Shown: one piece after another, positions 1 to 8,239 of the stretch
Position numbering within the stretch: position 1 is the first letter of the stretch
Layout: each line of letters starts with the position of its first letter
Assembly: GCA_041750655.1 (NCBI GenBank)
Contig: JBGSYZ010000011.1
Location: 1,794-65,793, forward strand
Direction of reading: 5' to 3'
Source: Minisyncoccia bacterium
GTDB lineage: Bacteria > Patescibacteriota > Minisyncoccia > Phycocordibacterales > UBA918
Length of the DNA stretch: 64,000 bases
Notes under the pieces: generated by a model
Told to the model about the DNA's origin: nothing
Database searches by the model: none
Seen by the model: only the letters and a program-made list of their open reading frames with translations
Translations under genes and position numbers: made by a program

Positions 1-1024
1 CATTCGTTTGCCACCAAAAAATTAAAATTGAGAAGTCAATAAGATCTACTCGTCCATCACGATTTAAATCAGAATTATTGGATGGTCTGCCTTCTACTCC
101 CACAAAAAGTTGGAGGGCCGTACTATAACTACTTTCGGTTTTAAGAGTACTACTACCCTTAACATAACGTGCTTTAACAATGTGTTCAGCTAATGAAAGA
201 CCAGCTGTATTAAGTGTCGCACTCCAAATCCCATCAGTAGCTGAAGTAACAGTAGTTGAAAGTTTGTTGTCAATGTACACCTCAACAGCAACATTAGGTG
301 GTACTTGACCCCTCACTGTAATGACGTCCCCAGGATCGACCGTAGCGTCGCTCAAGCTTATGGTTGGTGGCAACAGCACACCATTTACGTTAGTGATAGC
401 CCCTTGGGTAACATCGAAAGTGGTAGTTAGAGTTATTGAACGAGTCCCAATATTATCAACGGCCCAAAAACCTAAAGTAGTTGCCCCAGGATCAGCGGCT
501 ATTGTAAAACTAAATTCACCACTGCTATTAGCTCTTACTGTACCAATTGCGTCACCGTCAAGTAATATATTTACAGTTCGGTTTGGGTACGCATTACCAC
601 TAATACTTATTTTTGTATCACCTATGGGTTGAGAACTTCCGCCTCCGCCTCCGCCAGAAGAATTACCCCCACCAGTAGCTGCTGGTTCAATTTTGCAATC
701 TGCTGCACAAAAATCGTTGTCAATATTGTTACCATCATCACACTCCTCACCTTGCAGTGTCTGTAAAATTGAATCACCACAATACTGACCAAATTGACAC
801 TCTGTATCACACTGTCTACCAGCAATAGTTGTGCTGTACGTGCCTATTTCTCCGGGAACATCACACTCTTCCCCATCGTTAACGATTGAGTCACCACAAA
901 TACTTACCTTTAAAGTAGTAGTTGCAATTAATGACTGGCCGTAAGCACTACTAGGCACAAAAGAAAAAAACAACATCATTAAAATCAGATATGTTGTTTG
1001 TATTGAGTGAAGAAATCTTCTCAT
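1..1024 (-). CDS. Secreted Cys-rich-repeat / Ig-like / dockerin-domain protein (partial; C-terminal end runs off the window start)
   Basis: Absent from the ORF track because it is truncated. Reverse-complement translation from ATG at 1024..1022 gives MRRFLHSIQTTYLILMMLFFSFVPSSAYG (signal peptide), then ICGDSIVNDGEECD and YCGDSILQTLQGEECDDGNNIDNDFCAADC (a CxxCDDGN-type cysteine-rich repeat, Myxococcus-type pattern), a GGGNSSGGGGGGSS linker and a beta-rich region. At nt 1..100 it reads ...VEGRPSNNSDLNRDGRVDLIDFSILIFWWQTN, a dockerin-type Ca-binding repeat (D-x-N-x-D-G-x-V-x-x-x-D-F). The C-terminal half is clearly paralogous to the C-terminal half of 29617..31455. Confidence 0.6.
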   Translation of the reverse strand, partial: MRRFLHSIQTTYLILMMLFFSFVPSSAYGQSLIATTTLKVSICGDSIVNDGEECDVPGEIGTYSTTIAGRQCDTECQFGQYCGDSILQTLQGEECDDGNNIDNDFCAADCKIEPAATGGGNSSGGGGGGSSQPIGDTKISISGNAYPNRTVNILLDGDAIGTVRANSSGEFSFTIAADPGATTLGFWAVDNIGTRSITLTTTFDVTQGAITNVNGVLLPPTISLSDATVDPGDVITVRGQVPPNVAVEVYIDNKLSTTVTSATDGIWSATLNTAGLSLAEHIVKARYVKGSSTLKTESSYSTALQLFVGVEGRPSNNSDLNRDGRVDLIDFSILIFWWQTN

Positions 1025-1033
1025 ACACTCTAT

Positions 1034-1978
1034 CTATGACCTAAATCCTCTTCTTCGTGAACGACTATAGAAAATAATCAGTCCGATAATAATTAGTATA
1101 GTAAATATTGGGAACAAAACAGAAATCTTATGCGCAAGAGAAAGACCCATAAAACCATATCCTGCAATACCTGTAGATCCATACGGTAATATACTTAGCG
1201 TTACTTCCCCTTCTTGTTTTATATCTTCGCCATTCTTAATTTCGTATTTTGCTTTATAGCTTCCCGGAGGAAGTCGAGTAGGTAATTCTGCTACAACGTT
1301 ATCAGTAGCAAAGGGAGCGATTTTTTTAATTCTATTGGTGTGTGTAGTCTCTTCTAAAAGATTTGTTCCGTTAGCATTATAAATATCAAAATTAACCTCT
1401 GAAGGAGCAACTGGGACGTTCCCAGTATTTTCAAGCAGCATTGTTAATTTTATTTTTCCAGGAAAATACAACCACCAAAATTTATGACCTTCATCCAGAT
1501 CAGAGATACTTATACGTCGAACTCGGAAATCAAAAATCTCTTTATCAATAACATTCAAATCAATATCTACCTGCGCTCCCAAAGAAATATTTACTGCTCC
1601 GCGAGAAAGTTCTCCAGCAGGTGGAGCGGTCTTAATACGAATGTTTCCTTTATAGGCTTGAAAATCAGCATCATCAGGAACTCGCACCCGTACCGTCATA
1701 GGTACTTTATCTTCTCCTAAAGGTAAGGGAAACTCCGACCCTTCAACCACCTCAATCCAATCTTCAAAGCCTGGAGCATCAATAGAAATTGTAGCGTTGA
1801 GTTCAGAAGTTGGGTCACTGCGGACTAAAAGAATTTGTTGTTCGTAAACAGAATTTCGTGTCAGGCTTGAGTTGCGAACGTACGGAGGCGTGATACCAAA
1901 ACCGGCATCTGCTATACTCGGCAGCACAAAAAACAATAGTATAAAAAAACTAATACCTAATCTCTGAAAGTTCATCAC
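1034..1978 (-). CDS. Cell-surface protein, N-terminal signal peptide, C-terminal TM helix plus basic tail (paralog of 34421..35479)
   Basis: 314 aa. N-term MMNFQRLGISFFILLFFVLPSIADA (signal). C-term FPIFTILIIIGLIIFYSRSRRRGFRS (TM plus Arg-rich stop-transfer). Same architecture and size as the 352-aa protein at 34421..35479. The overall design resembles DUF916/CscA-type anchored surface proteins; I cannot verify that family without a search. Confidence 0.55.
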   Translation of the reverse strand: MMNFQRLGISFFILLFFVLPSIADAGFGITPPYVRNSSLTRNSVYEQQILLVRSDPTSELNATISIDAPGFEDWIEVVEGSEFPLPLGEDKVPMTVRVRVPDDADFQAYKGNIRIKTAPPAGELSRGAVNISLGAQVDIDLNVIDKEIFDFRVRRISISDLDEGHKFWWLYFPGKIKLTMLLENTGNVPVAPSEVNFDIYNANGTNLLEETTHTNRIKKIAPFATDNVVAELPTRLPPGSYKAKYEIKNGEDIKQEGEVTLSILPYGSTGIAGYGFMGLSLAHKISVLFPIFTILIIIGLIIFYSRSRRRGFRS

Positions 1979-2077
1979 AAAAAAGCGTTAACTGTCGCTT
2001 GTTACAATTATCCTTAATTATACTAATAAAATCAAGAATTTTTATTGGATAACAACTAATAATTATCAGTTAAAAAC

Positions 2078-2107
2078 AAAACTCTCGATAAATTAAGCGA
2101 GAGTTTT
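2078..2107 (-). terminator. Intrinsic terminator hairpin downstream of 2129..4036
   Basis: aaaactctcg-ataaattaag-cgagagtttt is a perfect 10-bp inverted repeat flanked by an A-run and a T-run (bidirectional). On the minus strand it sits about 22 nt after the stop at 2129 and is followed by GTTTTTAA. Confidence 0.5.
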
Positions 2108-2128
2108 ATAGAAGTTATAAATCTTAAA

Positions 2129-4036
2129 CTACCAATCAACTGATTCTCCAACAACAGCAATAAAGGTGTTTTGACCAGTGTAGTCTCCTGAGAGAGTAAT
2201 GGTACCCGGAATTTCAATACCCCAATACGTGATACCAGAAGCTGGAGTTGAGGTTGCCGTAGATTTAGCTACGTTAAGTTCAAGTTCTTTGGCAGTTGTA
2301 GAAGACAAATTATTACCAGATGTAGAAGCATTTAAGTACGTAGCAGTTGATGTTGGAGAGAAGACTTGGCGGAAATCTTCAACGGTAGAGGTGGCAGAAT
2401 TCGGACACTCAGTACCTGGTCCGGTATATGTGTTACACATTGACTCACCAGATAGAAGCTGATCCACCCCAACGTTACCAGTAGCTTGGATAGTTGTAGA
2501 AGCTTGCGATGCTCCAAGGTTGGCGTACACGTCATCGGAATCTTCACCTGGTGCCAATGATCCATACGGAATCAAGAAGCTAAGGAGATCAAAGGCCAAG
2601 AAACTATTTACTTCTACTCCAGAAGTTGACTCAGAAGCTGTTCCAGTGGCGTTATCATCATCTACAGCCCGTATTTGCGCTTTCCAGTCGTTAAGTGGGT
2701 ACTGGACAGCGGTAGTAGTAGCATCGGTCGGGTCAGCAATAAACCAAAGCGGAAATGTACATGAGAAAGCATCGCTAGTGTCTGTATTACCTGAACAAGC
2801 TGTCGTCGATGCAGTACATGAAAGATTCCATGTTGTGGTAGCGACAGCGCTGGTGTAGCAATCGTTTTCATCTTGATCACCAGCCACATCTACTCGACAG
2901 GTAGTAGAACTGTTACCGTCATAAATTGCCGTTGGGTCATCTCGATACAAGCTTAATTCATAATTTACAATTTCTGAAGTTGAGCCGATAGCCTGACAAC
3001 TGTTATTGTCAAATACATTGAAATCAAGAGTAAAGCCTTCTGTCGTACTGGCCTCTACCGTCAACACCATATCGGAGCCACCATTGATTGAGATGGTTGA
3101 ACCATCAACCGTTGGTGCAACGTTGTTGATATCAAAGGTGGTAGTAGCAGCGTGGGCTCCACCGGAAGCTTCATGACCATGTTCATCAACAATAAAAGGC
3201 ACAGCGTTATACGTAGTGTCTTGCCATGGTGGTGTCAAAGTCCACGCCGCAAAAGCGTCTGGATACATTAGACTTGAGGTAGCCAAGGTACTACCAGTAC
3301 AGGTATTAGTGGTAGTGTTGTAGCCACTATTTGAACACACAATTAATCTGATCTGATCTTGTCCTCCATCAGTGTCTGGGTCAGTAGAAGTAGAATAGAA
3401 AGTAATTGTTCCATCTGGATCAACTGGACCGTTGTTTGAGAATAATGTGAACGTCGGACGATCATTTACATTAAACGGTGATGTGACGGTGCCATATCCT
3501 TGTTGGGCTGGAGTCGTACCAGTACATCGTTGAGTAACCACATTATCATCACACACAAATCCAAACCACGCATTACTTTCATTAAATAAACTAGCAGCTG
3601 TTTCCAGAGTGGTTGTAGCCGCAGTTGCAGTCGCGTTAGAAGTCGTCAAAGACGACACGGCCCATTGCGTCCCCGCCGCACATGACGGCACTCCTCCTCC
3701 TGATGGAGTTGGTGTTGCATTAGTATCACAGATAAGTAGGTAGTAATCGTCTCCACTGGCATCAACTGCTAACACTTCCCACTGCATAACATCACCTGAA
3801 TTTGTTGGATAGGCAGTCGAAGACTCAAAACTTTCTTGAACTGGGCCGGTAATAACTGGCGGCAGGTTAATAACAGTAACAGAGGTAGTAGCACTATCGC
3901 TTTGAGCTACGGCTTGTTTAAATTCATTTGAACCAATATTAAAGACGAATATAAATGCAAAGCATAAAACGCCCAAAAGAATAGTGAGGACAGTGGCTCT
4001 ACCGGCTGTGCTTAAGTGCTGTATGTTGTACGACAT
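2129..4036 (-). CDS. N-terminally anchored Thr/Ser-rich surface protein whose C-terminal ~300 aa is homologous to the C-terminus of the giant protein
   Basis: 635 aa. N-term TM ATVLTILLGVLCFAFIFVF. C-terminal region (nt ~2132..3049) matches the giant protein's last ~300 aa: SCTFPLWFIADPTD vs SCTFDVYYFAEATD, and the terminal YWGIEIPG...GQNTFIAVV vs YWGIQIPFG...GSNTFYAVTD. Confidence 0.6.
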   Translation of the reverse strand: MSYNIQHLSTAGRATVLTILLGVLCFAFIFVFNIGSNEFKQAVAQSDSATTSVTVINLPPVITGPVQESFESSTAYPTNSGDVMQWEVLAVDASGDDYYLLICDTNATPTPSGGGVPSCAAGTQWAVSSLTTSNATATAATTTLETAASLFNESNAWFGFVCDDNVVTQRCTGTTPAQQGYGTVTSPFNVNDRPTFTLFSNNGPVDPDGTITFYSTSTDPDTDGGQDQIRLIVCSNSGYNTTTNTCTGSTLATSSLMYPDAFAAWTLTPPWQDTTYNAVPFIVDEHGHEASGGAHAATTTFDINNVAPTVDGSTISINGGSDMVLTVEASTTEGFTLDFNVFDNNSCQAIGSTSEIVNYELSLYRDDPTAIYDGNSSTTCRVDVAGDQDENDCYTSAVATTTWNLSCTASTTACSGNTDTSDAFSCTFPLWFIADPTDATTTAVQYPLNDWKAQIRAVDDDNATGTASESTSGVEVNSFLAFDLLSFLIPYGSLAPGEDSDDVYANLGASQASTTIQATGNVGVDQLLSGESMCNTYTGPGTECPNSATSTVEDFRQVFSPTSTATYLNASTSGNNLSSTTAKELELNVAKSTATSTPASGITYWGIEIPGTITLSGDYTGQNTFIAVVGESVDW

Positions 4037-4114
4037 AAAAATAACTATTTGTTTCCTCTATTTTAGCGAAACTTTTGCAGTTTGGGGAGTGTACTGGGGA
4101 AAAAACGGGGATAA

Positions 4115-5320
4115 CTATTCGTATCGAATAGCATCCAATGGATTCAGAGTTGAAGCGCGTTTGGCGGGGAAAATACCTGTTAGATAACCCACTGCTGCGG
4201 AGAAAATGGCAATGAACAACAAAAAATTTAACGGGAAAGAAAATAGTGACACTGATTGGCCACCAAATTGACTAGCCACAAAGTTAAGAAGTAGGTTGAT
4301 GGTTAAACCCAAAACTACACCCATAAATATACCGGTTATACCTCCCATAAATCCTACAACGACTGATTCGGATACGAACAACCATTTAATGTCTTTCGGA
4401 GAAGCCCCAATGGTCCGCATAATTCCAATTTCTTTCGTACGCTCTAACAAAGTTACTGTCATAGTATTAAACATACCGATGGCAGACACGAGAAGAGCGA
4501 TTCCGCCAAACACCGCCAAGACCGCTTGTACTCCTTGGAAAATCTTTGAGGCCTGCTCCACTGTTTTAGATAAGGCGGTTACTCGAAAGCCATCTTCGAT
4601 AAGAATTTCTTCTGTTGCATTTAAAAATTCATTTGAGGAGACACGAACTTGGGCCCGCTCGTATTCAGTAATACCAACATGCTGACGAAGTTCATTCATC
4701 ATCATTAGAGCGTTGAGCACTCCTTCTTCTTTGGTGATACCTCTCACGGTATACGTCTTATCAATATATACCTCTGTCACTTCGTCGATATTATCTTCTG
4801 ATTGAACTAACAATCTAAACGTTACCTGTTCGCCCACAAACTCTGCAACATCATCAATACCAAAAAGCTTAAGTACCGCTGGAGAGAGCATGACTGTGTT
4901 ACCATCATCGACATCTTCTTCAGTGAACACATCTCCTTCTGCAGCACTTACCCCTGAATACCGTAAATAGGCCGGTTCAGCACCTTGTAAGAACACATTG
5001 CCAGTCAACCCTTTATACGTAATCAAGGCCGGGAAACGCGCTAATGGAGCAGCGTCTAGTACATTATCAATTGATTCAATTTGAGAAATAGTTTCATCAG
5101 TGATTTTTATTGACTGTGAACCTGCAGAAACCCCGAGAGAGAGCAGTGTTTCACCAAACACAATTTGTTCAATAATAATTTTTTGCAGTCCAAAACCCAA
5201 TCCTACTAAAACCACTACCGCTCCAGTTCCCACACCCATACCAAGAATTGTAAGCCACGTACGAAGTGGGTTCGTAATAAACATTCGAGTCGATAATTGT
5301 GCTAAATCTTGTACACGCAT
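4115..5320 (-). CDS. ABC transporter permease, FtsX/MacB family
   Basis: 401 aa. N-terminal TM (LTILGMGVGTGAVVVLVGLGFGL), large extracytoplasmic domain, then three C-terminal TM helices (FtsX fold). Start ATG at 5320 lies 1 nt after the stop of the upstream ATPase, so the two are translationally coupled. Confidence 0.85.
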   Translation of the reverse strand: MRVQDLAQLSTRMFITNPLRTWLTILGMGVGTGAVVVLVGLGFGLQKIIIEQIVFGETLLSLGVSAGSQSIKITDETISQIESIDNVLDAAPLARFPALITYKGLTGNVFLQGAEPAYLRYSGVSAAEGDVFTEEDVDDGNTVMLSPAVLKLFGIDDVAEFVGEQVTFRLLVQSEDNIDEVTEVYIDKTYTVRGITKEEGVLNALMMMNELRQHVGITEYERAQVRVSSNEFLNATEEILIEDGFRVTALSKTVEQASKIFQGVQAVLAVFGGIALLVSAIGMFNTMTVTLLERTKEIGIMRTIGASPKDIKWLFVSESVVVGFMGGITGIFMGVVLGLTINLLLNFVASQFGGQSVSLFSFPLNFLLFIAIFSAAVGYLTGIFPAKRASTLNPLDAIRYE

Positions 5321-5321
5321 A

Positions 5322-6641
5322 TTACTTGTAACTTACATCTACTCCCTGAGCAATTAATTTTTCAAAATAGCGAGTAACCTCGTCAGCTAATGCTACCGGC
5401 ATACCCATGCCCCCAGTCCTTTTTGCTTCTTGTAGTTTTCGACCAAATTCGTCTGCATCACTCACTCCAGTCACCCGGTCGGCAATAAGTTCTGAAAATC
5501 GATTTTCCTCTTCCTTATTAAATTTTAAATTGTAGCTACCTTGCAGATATTCTTTAAGGCGTTCAGCAAATTTATGTTGTGAAAAGAAAGCACCGTCTGC
5601 TTCATGTTGAGCTCGAAAACGACGAATATCGTCGGCTTGAATTAGCATTTCTTCTGATTTATCTGCCATTCTTTGTGCGGATGAGCGTGAAATCTCCACT
5701 CCCCCATTTTCGTATTTTTTAGTAAGCGTTTTAATGAGGTTACTTTTATCAATCTTACCCATAATGTAAAACTTGATAGCTTTTTCCATACGTACTAACT
5801 GATCGAAAGTGTACTCTTGGGTCAAGTAATTAGTCAGACTTTTTACTCGCAATGTTTCAATCGAATCATATGGGAACAAGCGTGCCAACTGTTCAAGTTC
5901 AGTCACTATTGTCTCTCCTTCTTTCACTGGCTTGATTTGCTTGCGTTGTGGATTTACCACTTCACGCACGATGCGACCATCACGAAGGTAATACACTCGG
6001 TGGGCGTAGCTTAAATGAGCGGCATTGTGTGACACCATAATAATCGTCCGTTTATCAAACGTGTTAATCTCATCAATTTTATCCATCACTTGCTGAGTTG
6101 AAATAGAGTCAAGGTTACCGGTTGGTTCATCGGCTAAAAGAATCTGTGGATCATTCACCATCGACCGCGCTACCGATACACGTTGCTGCTGACCTCCAGA
6201 GAGCATAGCGGGAATTTTGTGGGATACATGTCCTACACCAAATCTGTCTAGGAGTGACTGAGCACGACGATCGCGAGATTTTTTATCGACGTCACAAAAA
6301 ATTTGTGGCAGAGCCACATTATCGAGTACAGACAATGATGGGATGAGATTGAACTGCTGAAAAATAATCCCCATCACGTAACGTTGAAAATACACCCGTT
6401 CTTGAGGAGGATATGAGTAGACGTCGTCACCCCGAATGAGCAATGTTCCTTCCCCTGGTGGAAGTGAGCCTTGAATCGAATACATCAAAGTAGACTTTCC
6501 ACAGCCCGAAGGCCCAAAGAGAATAATGTATTCCCCCTCGTAAATATCGGTGTTTACCCCCTGTAGTGCCTTAAATTCATTACTCTTCCCTTTGTTGTAA
6601 ATGATCGATAAGTCACGACAAACAATTAATGGTTTTGCCAT
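5322..6641 (-). CDS. ABC transporter ATP-binding protein (MacB/LolD-like) with ~200-aa C-terminal extension
   Basis: Walker A GPSGCGKST, ABC signature LSGGQQQRV, Walker B ILLADEPTGNLD, H-loop VSHN. An unusual long charged/coiled C-terminal tail (aa ~240-439). Confidence 0.9.
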   Translation of the reverse strand: MAKPLIVCRDLSIIYNKGKSNEFKALQGVNTDIYEGEYIILFGPSGCGKSTLMYSIQGSLPPGEGTLLIRGDDVYSYPPQERVYFQRYVMGIIFQQFNLIPSLSVLDNVALPQIFCDVDKKSRDRRAQSLLDRFGVGHVSHKIPAMLSGGQQQRVSVARSMVNDPQILLADEPTGNLDSISTQQVMDKIDEINTFDKRTIIMVSHNAAHLSYAHRVYYLRDGRIVREVVNPQRKQIKPVKEGETIVTELEQLARLFPYDSIETLRVKSLTNYLTQEYTFDQLVRMEKAIKFYIMGKIDKSNLIKTLTKKYENGGVEISRSSAQRMADKSEEMLIQADDIRRFRAQHEADGAFFSQHKFAERLKEYLQGSYNLKFNKEEENRFSELIADRVTGVSDADEFGRKLQEAKRTGGMGMPVALADEVTRYFEKLIAQGVDVSYK

Positions 6642-6698
6642 TTGTTTCTATTATGACATTAATACGAGACCAAAGAGGCGTGGTTGTCTACACATTTA

Positions 6699-8225
6699 TT
6701 AATTTGAAATGTTTTTGATCCAGCCGAATGATGACTGGAAGTTTTCGATGATAATATCGATGATACTTTTTTCTTTCACTGGTGTGAACAGTACAAAGTT
6801 TTCTGACTGTACAGCGTTACCAGCCTCATCCTCACAATTGAGCCAAAATTGATACACGGTCGCTCCAGCAAAATCAACAATTACTTCTACATGCTTCTCA
6901 GCGTAGTTCTTTTCTTCCTTTTCAATAGTAATTGGGTCAACTCCAGCCGCCACTCCTTCACGATACGTCACCAAACAAAATGCTGGTTCATCGGTCTTCC
7001 ATTCAATAATAGATTGGATGCGTACCTCATCACCAGGGAACAAAGTAGATTCGTTCGTTACATTAGAAATAATTGGCGGAGCGGTGTCTTTGACGGTAAT
7101 GAAGGTGATTGGATTACTTTTAACTCGATCACCACCAGCGTTCTCAGCAATCACGAACGCCACGTAGCGCGTACCGAGAGTCAAACCTTCTATCTCCATC
7201 TGGTTGTTAGTAGCGTACGTCGGGCGTCCTTTAGAATTTTGAACTCCTGTGGTGAGATCTTGGTACTCAATCAAAGCTTTGGCTGGAACCGTAGTGTCCC
7301 ACGCCAACGTAGCAGAGTTTTCTTGTACTTTTAAGATACGAAGGTTACGGATTTCTGGACGTGACGCTTTTGTCCGGAAAGTAAAGTCACGACTTTCACC
7401 AGTTATGCCGTATGAGTCGGTGGAGGCTACCTTGAAAGTATATTCAGTAAAAGGTTCAAGACCAATCAAACGCACTTCGTGGTCTTGAGTATCGCCATTT
7501 GTGCCCGACTGGGAGAAAGAATAATTCCCAACAGTATATCCATTGGTTGGCGAAAATGAAACATTTGAACTAGCCGGTCTATCTGTAGTCCACGATACGG
7601 TAGCTGATGTGGTTTCAACTACCACCGTTGGTGGACCAACAATGGTTAAATCTTCGGTAATACCCTGAATGGCTTTGACAGTTTCGTTAACAATTTCTTG
7701 CAGTTTTTGCGGATCGGTAATTTCCTGAATTTGTTCCTTGATTTGTTCAACGGTTTGTTGCTGTGTTTCAGTGGTGGTTTCCGAATTTTGACCCTGTCCC
7801 GCTTGCGAGCCTTGTCCTTGTCCATCGGCACTTGCTTGACCACTACCGTCAGCCGTTGGAGTACCACTAGTTACAACCTTATAGTCCGCTGAAATTCCCT
7901 GGTTGCCTTCCAAGTCAGCCGATACTACCCGAAAATAATACGTCCGGCCCGGTTCCAAATCATCGAGGGTAATTGAGTGCTGAGTTCTATCTACGGTCGG
8001 TATACGAACAATACCGTAATCCTCTTTCAGTCCATAGTTAACAATTGAGTCCGCGTTTTCATCAGTTTCCCAATTTATCGTTACACTGGTATCAGTGACT
8101 TCTGCAATCTCAACATTTTGAATAGTTGGAGCAGTGGTATCAAGCGCATTGATTGGTAGCGCAAAAACTGCACCGAATATAATGACTGGTAGTAACAAGT
8201 TTTTTGTACATTTCATCTTTGTCAT
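6699..8225 (-). CDS. Secreted protein with four fibronectin type III-like repeats
   Basis: ORF track starts at a GTG at 8240 that overlaps the giant gene's stop by 1 nt. A more likely start is ATG 8225 (MTKMKCTKNLLLPVIIFGAVFALPINA signal peptide). Contains repeated Fn3-like units (TAPTIQNVEIAEVTDTSVTINWETD...GRTYYFRVVS; PPTVVVETTSATVSWTTD...FTEYTFKVAS; RPEIRNLRILKVQENSATLAWDT...TRYVAFVIAE; APPIISNV...) separated by a Gln/Gly/Glu-rich linker. Confidence 0.7.
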   Translation of the reverse strand: MTKMKCTKNLLLPVIIFGAVFALPINALDTTAPTIQNVEIAEVTDTSVTINWETDENADSIVNYGLKEDYGIVRIPTVDRTQHSITLDDLEPGRTYYFRVVSADLEGNQGISADYKVVTSGTPTADGSGQASADGQGQGSQAGQGQNSETTTETQQQTVEQIKEQIQEITDPQKLQEIVNETVKAIQGITEDLTIVGPPTVVVETTSATVSWTTDRPASSNVSFSPTNGYTVGNYSFSQSGTNGDTQDHEVRLIGLEPFTEYTFKVASTDSYGITGESRDFTFRTKASRPEIRNLRILKVQENSATLAWDTTVPAKALIEYQDLTTGVQNSKGRPTYATNNQMEIEGLTLGTRYVAFVIAENAGGDRVKSNPITFITVKDTAPPIISNVTNESTLFPGDEVRIQSIIEWKTDEPAFCLVTYREGVAAGVDPITIEKEEKNYAEKHVEVIVDFAGATVYQFWLNCEDEAGNAVQSENFVLFTPVKEKSIIDIIIENFQSSFGWIKNISN

Positions 8226-8239
8226 AATCTTAGCACGCA

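Noticed and set aside
321-825. ORFs 321..632 (+) and 622..825 (-) at the window start
   Set aside because: They overlap, in other frames or strands, the truncated dockerin gene (1..1024, minus), which has coherent signal peptide, Cys repeats and dockerin. The listed ORFs have low-complexity translations and no motifs.
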